From a virus (lineage: Duplodnaviria > Caudoviricetes): a stretch of 64,000 nucleotides of DNA. A program made the position numbers and the translations under genes. The stretch lies in IMG/VR virus record IMGVR_UViG_2595698517_000001, positions 32,001-96,000 of that record, one strand, 5' to 3'. Shown in pieces: positions 18,140-26,851 of this stretch; within the stretch, counting starts at the first letter, position 1, and each line of letters begins with the position of its first letter. Below the pieces are notes generated by a model. The model was not told the origin of the DNA. It did not search any database and saw only the letters and a list, made by a program, of their open reading frames with translations.

Positions 18140-18552
18140 TTTTCGTCCTGCTCCATTCGTCCATAAGCTCGTGTAGCAAGTGCTCGTAGCTTCTCAGATA
18201 TGTCTAACGCTTGCTGCGGTGATAAGTACAAGTCCAGTATGTCATGTGCGTTAATATCCATGTTAATGTTGTTGTGGTAATCGAGACTGAAATCAATAAT
18301 ACCTTCGTCTCCTTCTAAGTGGTATCGTTCCACCAGGTTAAGCTCTGTGTAAGGAACCTGGTGACCACATTCATTAAACCAAGCATGTATTGCGTACGAC
18401 TGACCATGTACCGTTAACGTATCGATGTAAGGTTTCCCCATTTTCTTACCACATTTAGGACATTCCCATAAAGCTACTACAGTTTTTGTACCGATAACTG
18501 CTAACCTTCCTTTAGGGTCTACTATAGGAACGATGATTGTTTCTTCTCTCAT
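18136..18552 (-). CDS. zinc-binding protein, paralog of 18549-18791
   Basis: WECPKCG...HAW..ECGH. Confidence 0.7.
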   Translation of the reverse strand: MREETIIVPIVDPKGRLAVIGTKTVVALWECPKCGKKMGKPYIDTLTVHGQSYAIHAWFNECGHQVPYTELNLVERYHLEGDEGIIDFSLDYHNNINMDINAHDILDLYLSPQQALDISEKLRALATRAYGRMEQDEK

Positions 18553-18791
18553 TTTGTTTCCTCCTTCACTTCTTTTAATTCATCATAACGTAAGATATGG
18601 TTGCAAGGTGTATCCCATTTATGTACTTCGTAGGAGTTACCTAATAAGTCTTCTAAAGCTTCTAAGTGCGGTTCAGGCATATCACCGCCACATTCAGGAC
18701 ACTTCCATTCAACTATGATTGTTTCAGTTAGATGCCCCTCTCTAAATAATCTTTCATTTCTGTTTGGAATAACAATTGTTTTGCTTTTCAT
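18549..18791 (-). CDS. zinc-binding protein, paralog of 18136-18552
   Basis: WKCPECG...HKW..PCNH. Confidence 0.7.
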   Translation of the reverse strand: MKSKTIVIPNRNERLFREGHLTETIIVEWKCPECGGDMPEPHLEALEDLLGNSYEVHKWDTPCNHILRYDELKEVKEETK

Positions 18792-18802
18792 AATAAATCC
18801 TC

Positions 18803-19018
18803 CTATACTCCTATCTCTTTTAGCCATTCATTGCTGCTTGTGTAAAAGTTGGCTACATATGTTTGACCGATGTATTCTGTTTGAACAAAACGTATTGCGC
18901 CTTTTAACGAACCTTTAAACTCTAGAAGTTCTATGTTTGATCTGTCGGTATACGACCGTGCAGGAAACGTAATATCAATCTTAAAGGTATCGTTCCATAG
19001 GCTTTTCTTTTCCTTCAT
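18803..19018 (-). CDS. hypothetical early protein
   Basis: GGAGG RBS; first gene after promoter. Confidence 0.7.
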   Translation of the reverse strand: MKEKKSLWNDTFKIDITFPARSYTDRSNIELLEFKGSLKGAIRFVQTEYIGQTYVANFYTSSNEWLKEIGV

Positions 19019-19057
19019 AAGAACACCTCCTATAACTCGTCTGTAACTCATGACCTT

Positions 19058-19086
19058 ATTGTATAATCATAGTGTCTATAAGTCAA
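19058..19086 (-). promoter_or_regulatory. sigma-A-like early promoter
   Basis: TTGACT-17bp-TACAAT. Confidence 0.75.
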
Positions 19087-19104
19087 CAACAAATTTAAAA
19101 TAAA

Positions 19105-19136
19105 TGAAAAAGAGTGAACCCATAACGGGCTCACCC
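19105..19136 (-). terminator. intrinsic terminator
   Basis: GGGTGAGCCC/GGGTTCACTC stem plus T-run. Confidence 0.65.
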
Positions 19137-19142
19137 TGTAGC

Positions 19143-19823
19143 TTACTTCTCTGAATTAGCGACCTTCTCTTGTTGCTGTTGTTGTAGCGGTTTCAACTTA
19201 GCTACTTCGTCACGGTACTCTTTTAACTTAGCTTCTAAATCTGCGATCTGTTTATCCTTCTCTTTACCTGCGCTCTTAGCTTCGTCTAACTCTTTCTTCG
19301 TTTGAGCCAGGATTACTTGCGTATTCTTCAATTGTTGCTCTGTAGCTTTTAACGTTTCTTTCAGTGTATTAATAGTAGCTAGTTGCTCTGCATTTACTTT
19401 TTCTAAGCCTTCAACTTTATCCTGTAACCCTTTAACTTGCCCCTCTAGCTCTGCGATACAAGCTGTTAACTTATCGATTGTAAGATTCTTGTTAGCGATG
19501 TCTTGCTGTAGCTTCTTAACCTGTTCTGTGAATGCTGCAACCTCACCATTTAACTTTTCAATCTCCTGGTCTTTCTGTTGGTTAGAAGCCTTCAGATCAC
19601 TGTTTGCTTTTTCTAAATCTGCAACTGCTTTGTTTAGTTCTTTAATCGTTCCATTCTTGCTTACTACTTTAGCTGTTAGTTCGTTGCTCCATGATTGGAA
19701 TGCTACTAAGTCCTGTGTATTGTCATTTAAGTACCCGCTTGCTCCTGCCCCGCCAACTGCTCCTACTAATAATGCTGCTGTTAAAGCTCCACCTAATAAT
19801 ACTTTCTGTTTCATGTTTTTCAT
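19143..19823 (-). CDS. membrane-anchored or secreted long coiled-coil protein
   Basis: signal/TM segment followed by continuous heptad repeats; GGAGG RBS before ATG 19823. Confidence 0.8.
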   Translation of the reverse strand: MKNMKQKVLLGGALTAALLVGAVGGAGASGYLNDNTQDLVAFQSWSNELTAKVVSKNGTIKELNKAVADLEKANSDLKASNQQKDQEIEKLNGEVAAFTEQVKKLQQDIANKNLTIDKLTACIAELEGQVKGLQDKVEGLEKVNAEQLATINTLKETLKATEQQLKNTQVILAQTKKELDEAKSAGKEKDKQIADLEAKLKEYRDEVAKLKPLQQQQQEKVANSEK

Positions 19824-19972
19824 TTGTAATTCCTCCCTAGTGTCTTCTGTTTTGTTGTGGCTCTCTCCCACACGATATAGCATATGGAGTTAATTTGTAA
19901 AGTAGAACTAAAATTTGTTTTCTGTTAGAAAATAACTTATTTGTCTCCGCTACTAGGTAAAGGTGATGATTG

Positions 19973-19982
19973 TGTTATATTA
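19973..19982 (+). promoter_or_regulatory. Herelleviridae-type late promoter
   Basis: TGTTATATTA upstream of the HNH gene; the same 10-mer precedes the holin. Confidence 0.6.
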
Positions 19983-20010
19983 GAAGAAAGAACATAAGGA
20001 GTGCATATTC

Positions 20011-20763
20011 ATGGCAATTACATATGAAGAAGTTAGACAAGCCTTTACAGACAGAGGTTACACCTTATTAGCTACAGAGTATAAGAACGCTAGAACAAAA
20101 ATGGAGTACAAATGTAGCAAGCACCCCCAGGACAGACAACATGTTACCTGGGATAAGTTTAAGAATAGAGGACAAGGTTGTAAGTATTGTGCAATAGATG
20201 CTAGGAGAGACAAATACAAGTTACCGTTTGAGACAGTCAAAAAGGCTTTCGAAGATAAAGGATACATCTTATTAGAAGATAACTACATCAATAATAGTAC
20301 GCACATGAGGTACATATGCCCTAAACATCCTGATAAAGAACAAAAGATAGTATATAATTCTTTAAAGCAAGGTAATGGGTGCAAGTTCTGCGGTATAGAA
20401 TCGGGTGTCAAGAATAGAGTAGCACAAGGGCACCCTTGGTCTGCACGAGGAGAGAAGCATTACAGATGGAATGATAAATTGACTGACGAAGACAGGGAAG
20501 CTAATAAAAGTAGACATGGGCTTCCAGGTTATATGCCTTGGATCAGATCGGTCTTTAAAAAAGATAATTATACTTGTCAGAAGTGTAATGCAAGAGGGGT
20601 AGGGCTAGAAGCACACCATAAGGACGGGTGGAGTTGGTGTGAAGAGAGACGCTTTGATGTGACTAATGGAGCTACGTTATGTATAGAGTGCCATAAGGAT
20701 TTTCATGATAAGTATGGATACGGGGACAATACAGAACAACAGTACAAAGAGTGGGTGAAATAA
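20011..20763 (+). CDS. free-standing HNH homing endonuclease
   Basis: two repeated Cys/His DNA-binding units, then VFKKDNYTCQKC...EAHH...NGATLCIECHKDFH. Confidence 0.9.
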   Translation: MAITYEEVRQAFTDRGYTLLATEYKNARTKMEYKCSKHPQDRQHVTWDKFKNRGQGCKYCAIDARRDKYKLPFETVKKAFEDKGYILLEDNYINNSTHMRYICPKHPDKEQKIVYNSLKQGNGCKFCGIESGVKNRVAQGHPWSARGEKHYRWNDKLTDEDREANKSRHGLPGYMPWIRSVFKKDNYTCQKCNARGVGLEAHHKDGWSWCEERRFDVTNGATLCIECHKDFHDKYGYGDNTEQQYKEWVK

Positions 20764-20779
20764 CCCACTCTTATTTTTT
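20747..20779. terminator. terminator between convergent HNH and FtsK genes
   Basis: AAGAGTGGGT/ACCCACTCTT inverted repeat with flanking T/A tracts. Confidence 0.65.
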
Positions 20780-23044
20780 GCTCTTATATCTAGCCAATGT
20801 TAATTCATCTATTGTTAGTTCGTACCCTTTAGCTTTAGACTTGTGTTTAGTTAGCCAACCCTCTTCAACTAGACGATTCATTAGCGCAGTTAATGTTTCT
20901 GCTTTTATTTTCATTAGATTCCGTAATTCTCCTACCTTTGTTTCCTTTGTATCGGCTATAACTCCTTTCAATCTAGCTAGTAGGTCATCTTCTGTGATAA
21001 GGTACTCAACTGAATTATCTTCTTCAGCTTCTAAAGCGTTATCTAATATAGGAGCCACTGTGACGCTTGAGAAATAGTCCGTAATCTTTTGGAATACCTC
21101 CTCCTCTTTCTTCTCATCAGGGCTTACTATTCCCCCTTGGAATCGCTGAAATTCTTTTGACCAACCTTCAATCTTCATTACCCCGTCACCCCGTCCAAGA
21201 AGCGTGTGAGGGATACCTTTTGAAAAGACGGTCTTATAGTCTGTATTCCCATTTAGTTTGAAACTGATAGCATTGGGTATAACTGATTTGATGCGACCGC
21301 TGATAATGTCTGCGCTTGGTCTTTGTGTAGCAATTACCATATGAATACCTGCTGCTCGTGCTTTTTGTCCTAATCGTGCGATATATTCTTCAACTTCAGG
21401 GTTCATGTCCTGTAAGTCTGCGTACTCGTCAATTACACATACGATATATGGCATCTTCTTTTCCATCTTTTCATTATATAATTTGATGTTCTTTACTCCG
21501 TTTTCGCTGAACTGTGAATATCGTCTATCCATCTCCTTTGTAAGTTTACTTAGCATAGCTGCTGCTTTACCCATATCAGTAACTACATGCTCAACATGTG
21601 GCAGTCCTTTATAGTGACTAAGCTCTACCAGTTTCGGGTCAACCATATAGAATCTCAGTAACTCAGGAGGATAGGTGGAGAGTAGACATAGGATCAGTGT
21701 ATTCATAAATACCGACTTACCCGAACCTGTCGTACCCGCAATCATTAGATGCACTAGCTTACTTAAGGATAGGTATATAGGCTGATTAATTTCATCTACC
21801 CCGACAATGAAAGGGAGGTCTTGCTCTTCAGCAAAACTGTGGAACTCAGGAGCTTCTAATAACTCCCGAAGTCCTATAACAGAAGGCACTTTATTAGGGA
21901 GTGTAAAGCGCACCGTATCGGGGGTGTCGCCTTGTTCTATACTTAGGGACGCTACGCCTAATGCTGCCTGGATGTCCTTTGCCTTGCTTATAAGTTGAGT
22001 AAGGGTTTTACCTTTAGGAATACTACATTGGACTACGGAGAGCCTGATACCCGCAGTTATTGTGCTGTTTTCGACTCTAGCTTTGCTGACTAACCCAACT
22101 CGTTTCAAGGCTCCTGCAATATCTGCTACAATGCCCTCGTCTACTTCCACCTGTGGTCTATTGTATTCGGGAAGTAAACTAATTAGACCACCCGTTTTTA
22201 CCGCTTTCGGTACGATCGCTTCTTGTACCTCTGTCTGTACGTTATCTGCTATAATCAAGTCTCCACCAAATAAGGAAGCTATCTCTTTTCTGCTAAGTAT
22301 TTGTCCTTCTGTATCCGCAGTCATTAAGAAACTCAAGTACTCTTGTCTAAAACCCTTTGGCTTTCGTTTATACAAGCGTAATGCATTGTGGGAGTCATAT
22401 TGGCTTAGGATGAGCTCTAATCGCTTCCTAACGTCCTCAGGGGCTTCAGAATGTACGACTACTCTTAACTGAAACTGATACACCTCATCCATAATCTTTT
22501 CCTCTACTGCCTGGTTATAAGGTCGAGCCATATCAAATGACGATATTTTGTTCAGAACCTTAAGCATTTTATCCTGGAATCCTCTACCGAACCTGGAACC
22601 TAACGGATAGTCATTTCCTTCTAAGTAACTTGCGTATCTATCTATTGCATTTGTTCTCCAATCATCGTATCGTTTCCTAAATAGCCATTGTAATTCCACC
22701 AGTTCGTCTTCCTTCATATACATCTCAGACAAGGCATTCAATAAGAACCCGTTAAACTCCCCGTAGAGCGGTAGAAAGTTTGGTTCGACTAAATACCCTT
22801 CATAATACGTTAGTCCCTGCATACAGCCAATTACGATAGACTCACTGCTTGGTTTCTGTTCACCTAATCTTAAGAAAGAAGGAGTGACGAGCGTTGCGCC
22901 CATCACACCTGGTCGTAGACTTAATTCAACTCCGAATACACATTCACTTTCTTTTTCCATAATCTGCTCAAAAGCTTTGCCGATGTCTGTCACTTTAGAA
23001 TAGTAGTTGGAAAGATTCTTGGCATGTTTTGATTTAGTCCACAC
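20771..23044 (-). CDS. FtsK/SpoIIIE-family DNA translocase
   Basis: HLMIAGTTGSGKS, VDPKLVEL, VIDEYAD, ARAAGIHMVIATQRPS and LLGRGDG motifs; C-terminal winged-helix gamma-like domain. Confidence 0.95.
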   Translation of the reverse strand: MWTKSKHAKNLSNYYSKVTDIGKAFEQIMEKESECVFGVELSLRPGVMGATLVTPSFLRLGEQKPSSESIVIGCMQGLTYYEGYLVEPNFLPLYGEFNGFLLNALSEMYMKEDELVELQWLFRKRYDDWRTNAIDRYASYLEGNDYPLGSRFGRGFQDKMLKVLNKISSFDMARPYNQAVEEKIMDEVYQFQLRVVVHSEAPEDVRKRLELILSQYDSHNALRLYKRKPKGFRQEYLSFLMTADTEGQILSRKEIASLFGGDLIIADNVQTEVQEAIVPKAVKTGGLISLLPEYNRPQVEVDEGIVADIAGALKRVGLVSKARVENSTITAGIRLSVVQCSIPKGKTLTQLISKAKDIQAALGVASLSIEQGDTPDTVRFTLPNKVPSVIGLRELLEAPEFHSFAEEQDLPFIVGVDEINQPIYLSLSKLVHLMIAGTTGSGKSVFMNTLILCLLSTYPPELLRFYMVDPKLVELSHYKGLPHVEHVVTDMGKAAAMLSKLTKEMDRRYSQFSENGVKNIKLYNEKMEKKMPYIVCVIDEYADLQDMNPEVEEYIARLGQKARAAGIHMVIATQRPSADIISGRIKSVIPNAISFKLNGNTDYKTVFSKGIPHTLLGRGDGVMKIEGWSKEFQRFQGGIVSPDEKKEEEVFQKITDYFSSVTVAPILDNALEAEEDNSVEYLITEDDLLARLKGVIADTKETKVGELRNLMKIKAETLTALMNRLVEEGWLTKHKSKAKGYELTIDELTLARYKSKK

Positions 23045-23150
23045 GATTCTTCAGCTCCTTCATTATCATTACCGAATGTACCGCAGATACCGTAGCATTT
23101 GTTAATAACATCGTAAAATTTAAAAGCATAATCACTGTAGCTGTACTCAT
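23034..23150 (-). CDS. 38-aa hydrophobic peptide (not in ORF track)
   Basis: MSTATVIMLLNFTMLL...; GGGGG RBS; overlaps ftsK start. Confidence 0.55.
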   Translation of the reverse strand: MSTATVIMLLNFTMLLTNATVSAVHSVMIMKELKNRVD

Positions 23151-23162
23151 AATAAGTTCCCC

Positions 23163-24419
23163 CTATTTTTTAAGTTTCTTAAGTAAACCTATAGGACTCA
23201 TAACAGCCTTCTTAGAGAAAGCAAGATTCTTCATTACTGTTGTAATTGCATTCTTTTTCTTGTTACCTGTGATTTCGTCCATCCCTCCTCTATTATCTAA
23301 ATGTTTCGCTATGATGTTAGGTGGGTTCGTCATACGTCCGAATCCGCCAATTACTACTATTAATTTGATAACTGTACCTGTGAAGTCTGTTGGTGTAGGG
23401 ATACCGAAGATGAACCAACCGATGATTAATAGGAATAGAGAGTGGAATACTTGCACCAGGGATAAATGCTTTAGGTTCGACCACCATTGGTTGAATAGAT
23501 GTCTGTATGAATCGAATACCCAGGCTACTAATGCTAATGGAGTAACTACACCTAGTACGAGTAGGTCAAAGAATCGTCTACCGTTTTGCCATAATAGCGG
23601 GATGACTGTACTAATCAGGACTACATCGAATGCAATAAGAGCTATGACATCGACTGTACTAAAAGTGGTAGAGAGAGCGGCAGTTTTCATCGTGTCTCCG
23701 CCCAGGGCTGAAATCTTTTCAGATAGAAAGTTTAGGAATTGGAAGGCTCTTTGGAATACATACGGAACAACTGCTGTGAATCCTGCAACCAGGCTCCAAC
23801 GTTTTATGATCGTAGAAAATTCCATTGGTGCTGATACTAGAGACTTCTTCCCGTCTTTGACACCCGATAGCATTCTTTTGATTCCTTCTATAATAGTTAG
23901 AACTGTCGCTGCTCCTAAAGCTACTGCACTGAATAGGTGGCACATGTTAAAGAACCATTCATTATCGAATAACCATAATGGAGTTTTCAGGATCAGGTCG
24001 GAACAAAGTTGGTATATCCATGCCATAAGGTCTGCGGACATTTGCCCGATTGCTTTTGGTAGTCCCTCGATTAGTTTTGTAAATTCCCCAAACCAGTTAA
24101 TAATCTTTTGTATTGGGTCAGGTATAAGAGTGTTTTGTACTTGCCCTGTAAAGAAGTTCGTTACAGTTTGAAACATGCTTCCGCCTTGCCCGTCAAAGAA
24201 TGAGTTGGTCGATGCTGCATAAGCACGTTCTGTAATCGATGTGAAGAAGAAGGTAGAAATAGCTGCTACTGGAATTGTCGCAATTTTTACATATTTTATA
24301 AGGCTAGTTTTAAGAAGTCTAAGTTGTCGAATAGAAGCTTCGCCAGGTAGTATAGTAGGTAAACACTCGGAATACTTATCAACACCTGCACGAGCCCTCT
24401 TAGTATGTCTTGGCTCCAT
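23163..24419 (-). CDS. polytopic membrane protein, VirB6/TrbL-like
   Basis: about 7 TM helices; RRFFDLLVLGVVTPLALVAW...FNQWW motif typical of VirB6/TrbL. Confidence 0.65.
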   Translation of the reverse strand: MEPRHTKRARAGVDKYSECLPTILPGEASIRQLRLLKTSLIKYVKIATIPVAAISTFFFTSITERAYAASTNSFFDGQGGSMFQTVTNFFTGQVQNTLIPDPIQKIINWFGEFTKLIEGLPKAIGQMSADLMAWIYQLCSDLILKTPLWLFDNEWFFNMCHLFSAVALGAATVLTIIEGIKRMLSGVKDGKKSLVSAPMEFSTIIKRWSLVAGFTAVVPYVFQRAFQFLNFLSEKISALGGDTMKTAALSTTFSTVDVIALIAFDVVLISTVIPLLWQNGRRFFDLLVLGVVTPLALVAWVFDSYRHLFNQWWSNLKHLSLVQVFHSLFLLIIGWFIFGIPTPTDFTGTVIKLIVVIGGFGRMTNPPNIIAKHLDNRGGMDEITGNKKKNAITTVMKNLAFSKKAVMSPIGLLKKLKK

Positions 24420-24826
24420 GCATCTGCTTCTTGTTTCTTTCTGAACATTCTGTAAATTCCCGCTACTGCTAACATGACGATCGCTGTTACTACTCCGACT
24501 GCTACTGCTACACCCGCTACCATTAACCCGTACTTGAATATCATGGCAGGTGTTATAGCGGACGATGTAACCGTTGCTGTTGCTGCGAATGCTTTCGGTG
24601 CGGTGTTTAGTGTCATCCCCAGGACGGACATTGTTACCTTTAACAGTTTTTTCATTTTCTTTACCTTTTTTACTCGTTTCCCGTCTACCTCCTGCATCAC
24701 CTCCTCGATTAGATTGTTTACCATAAAAACCGATTCGTCTTCAGTTTTAGTCACTGTAACCTTTTTGAATGGAACATACTCTACACCTTCAGTTAACTTA
24801 CGAGCTCTTATATTTGCAGTTATCAT
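24296..24826 (-). CDS. VirB2/TrbC pilin-like membrane protein
   Basis: AFAA processing-like site, then two hydrophobic helices joined by AGIYRMF-RKKQEADAWSQDILRGL. Confidence 0.55.
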   Translation of the reverse strand: MITANIRARKLTEGVEYVPFKKVTVTKTEDESVFMVNNLIEEVMQEVDGKRVKKVKKMKKLLKVTMSVLGMTLNTAPKAFAATATVTSSAITPAMIFKYGLMVAGVAVAVGVVTAIVMLAVAGIYRMFRKKQEADAWSQDILRGLVQVLISIPSVYLLYYLAKLLFDNLDFLKLAL

Positions 24827-24854
24827 TTTTACTTCCTCCTTTATAGTTACTAGC

Positions 24855-25034
24855 TTATTTAGCGTTCTTAGGGCGATTCATCATGCTTTGCATACGTTCT
24901 CTATGATCTGTCTTCTCCTTCTCACCATTGCTAAAATTGTACTCATACGTGTGTAGCCATTTGAACACGGTAGATACTGCCACCCCACTTACGCACATAA
25001 CCACGATAGACGCACCCGTTACAAGAATACCCAT
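24855..25034 (-). CDS. 59-aa membrane-anchored protein (not in ORF track)
   Basis: MGILVTGASIVVMCV...; GGAGG RBS. Confidence 0.65.
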   Translation of the reverse strand: MGILVTGASIVVMCVSGVAVSTVFKWLHTYEYNFSNGEKEKTDHRERMQSMMNRPKNAK

Positions 25035-25047
25035 TTTAAAAACCTCC

Positions 25048-25076
25048 GTATAATTTATTTTGGTTTGGTAAAACTA
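25048..25076 (+). promoter_or_regulatory. SigF-like promoter
   Basis: GTATA-14bp-GGTAAAACTA matches the B. subtilis SigF consensus GYATA-N14/15-GGNNANAHTR. Confidence 0.55.
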
Positions 25077-25109
25077 CTTTCAACGAATCACTATAAAGGA
25101 GGAAGCGAA

Positions 25110-25280
25110 ATGTTTTTAGGCTATGATTACAACAAATATGAAACTCGTTACGAAAAACAAATGGAATTGATAAATCATTTAGTGCTTCATGAAATTAAGG
25201 AGAAGAAAAATATTAATATCGACATGAAGGAACTTTACAAAATTTTAGAAACTTTACACGATTTTCGAGTGATTGATTAA
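25110..25280 (+). CDS. 56-aa hypothetical protein on the opposite strand
   Basis: AAAGGAGG RBS before ATG 25110; lies in an intergenic gap. Confidence 0.7.
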   Translation: MFLGYDYNKYETRYEKQMELINHLVLHEIKEKKNINIDMKELYKILETLHDFRVID

Positions 25281-25415
25281 TTCCCTTTTAACCCCTTGAT
25301 AGCACTGTATTTACCCTTAATTCCCCTGGAATCTAGACTCATAAAATCGTGGGAATTTAGGGGGTGAATAAGCTGTTACTGGGAATTAAGGAAAAAGGGA
25401 ATTTGGGAATTAAGG
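25277..25415. repeat. GGGAATT(A/T)AGG repeat array in two orientations
   Basis: reverse copies at 25277 (partial) and 25315; forward copies at 25351, 25381, 25397 (partial) and 25405. Confidence 0.8.
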
Positions 25416-25420
25416 ACTGT

Positions 25421-25744
25421 TTAGAAATTGTCTAACTTGCTTTCTATCTCCTTATTAGACACTTCTTTCCTCTCAAGTTTGATGTTCATTAATGGCTTTG
25501 TAATACTTTGTGTGCGATTGTCATACTTTGCGCCTGAAGCCTTTGGTTTATAAGGCTTTGAAGGAGTATTACTTTGTGGTACTTTGTCATACATTCTGCC
25601 GCTCTTCTGTAATTCTCTGTATTTAATACCGTCCCTAATCAGTTCTCTAATGACGTGTGCAAAGCTTGCGTGCTGCATTAAGGGTTCGACTACTAATAGA
25701 ATATCCGCATCCAGTGTTTCCCTGAGATACAGTGACTGTCTCAT
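25421..25744 (-). CDS. ParR-like ribbon-helix-helix adaptor
   Basis: RQSLYL..DADI...FAHVIRELIRDGI RHH pattern; directly downstream of parM; disordered tail. Confidence 0.65.
   Translation of the reverse strand: MRQSLYLRETLDADILLVVEPLMQHASFAHVIRELIRDGIKYRELQKSGRMYDKVPQSNTPSKPYKPKASGAKYDNRTQSITKPLMNIKLERKEVSNKEIESKLDNF
25491..25596. repeat. 10-bp iterons (consensus TNWTACTTTG) inside parR
   Basis: tandem 10-mers at 25491-25530 and 25567-25596. Confidence 0.6.
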
Positions 25745-25756
25745 AAAACCTCCCTC

Positions 25757-26851
25757 CTACCCTCTAAATGAATTACCGCCTACCTGAATACTAATGTTCT
25801 TCTTTGTCTTTCTAGCCAATCGTATACCGTACTTACGAAGCCCTCTTGCATTTGCGAAGCGGTCTAGGAAGATCATATTAACTCCTCTATCCTTAAATCG
25901 TTCTTCTAAGTAAGGACGTAATAGCTCTGCTCCGCCACCAGTGAATATAATGCTCGTTACAAACCCGTAGGAATCGATTAGCAGCTTATCAAGTGTGTTT
26001 AGGATTCTATTTGCGTGATTCTCATACGCCTGGTTGATTAAAGGAGTAATGTCTATATTCCGTATTTCCTTTTCAGTCATAATCATTGGAAGCTTTCCAT
26101 CAGGTACCAGGATACCTTTTTCTGTTTCTAAGTACTCACCTACAGTTTGATAAGCCTGGAACATTCCGAAATTATTATGTGTTGTAAGCCCAGGCTGTTC
26201 TTCTAGTGCATCTAATGTCAGAATATTTAAAGTTCTTGCTCCAACATCTGCAATTACGTTAAACCCTTTAGCTAAGTTATGATCGATAATCTCTCCTTCT
26301 CCATTTAGCATTACGTCACATATGGAACCAAATGGCTGCTTCTTAATGACTACATCTTCTACTGTTACGCATCTAGGAAGAAATTCTTTTCCATCGTAGG
26401 AGATTTCTAATTCGTGTGTACCCTGTACGAGCTTCATTAATGCGTCTCTACGCTCTTTTGTATCATTCTTAATAGGTAAGTTCATCATTAGAGTGTACAT
26501 GCGCTCTCTGTAGCCCCTAGCCATTCTAGCTAGTGCTGTTTTGAACAGGATACCGAATCGTTTGTCAAGGTGCTTATTTTCCCCACCTATCCAGTCTACA
26601 TTCGTTCCCATCTTGATTGCGTAATTACCGACTACCCATTTCTGACCATCGATATTGACTGCCAGGTACTCTAGCTTACTCCCATTTGAGAACTCATCTT
26701 GTGGCTTATGTTTGAATGGAATTACGAATGACGGGATCAGTAGCGGTGTTCCTGTGCTATCGAACTTAAGGTCTCCGAACCCATCATCTAATGAAGCAAC
26801 CGAGATACCATCATCTACAGGAGGAATTTTTATTGATTTATTCGTTATCAT
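25757..26851 (-). CDS. parM: ParM/StbA-family actin-like ATPase
   Basis: phosphate-1 LDDGFGDLK, KQPFG, phosphate-2 IADVGARTLN, adenosine IFTGGGA and ANARG motifs. Confidence 0.9.
   Translation of the reverse strand: MITNKSIKIPPVDDGISVASLDDGFGDLKFDSTGTPLLIPSFVIPFKHKPQDEFSNGSKLEYLAVNIDGQKWVVGNYAIKMGTNVDWIGGENKHLDKRFGILFKTALARMARGYRERMYTLMMNLPIKNDTKERRDALMKLVQGTHELEISYDGKEFLPRCVTVEDVVIKKQPFGSICDVMLNGEGEIIDHNLAKGFNVIADVGARTLNILTLDALEEQPGLTTHNNFGMFQAYQTVGEYLETEKGILVPDGKLPMIMTEKEIRNIDITPLINQAYENHANRILNTLDKLLIDSYGFVTSIIFTGGGAELLRPYLEERFKDRGVNMIFLDRFANARGLRKYGIRLARKTKKNISIQVGGNSFRG

Noticed and set aside
23260-24171. 303-aa plus-strand ORF and the other long plus-strand ORFs (e.g. 7859-8401, 27284-27808, 46657-47247, 52920-53489, 53297-53779)
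   Set aside because: They are antisense shadows of well-supported minus-strand genes, with no RBS and the composition expected of reverse-frame reads.
24325-24331. Spo0A box TGTCGAA in the translocase module
   Set aside because: It is intragenic and not near a promoter; other copies occur in unrelated genes, consistent with chance.
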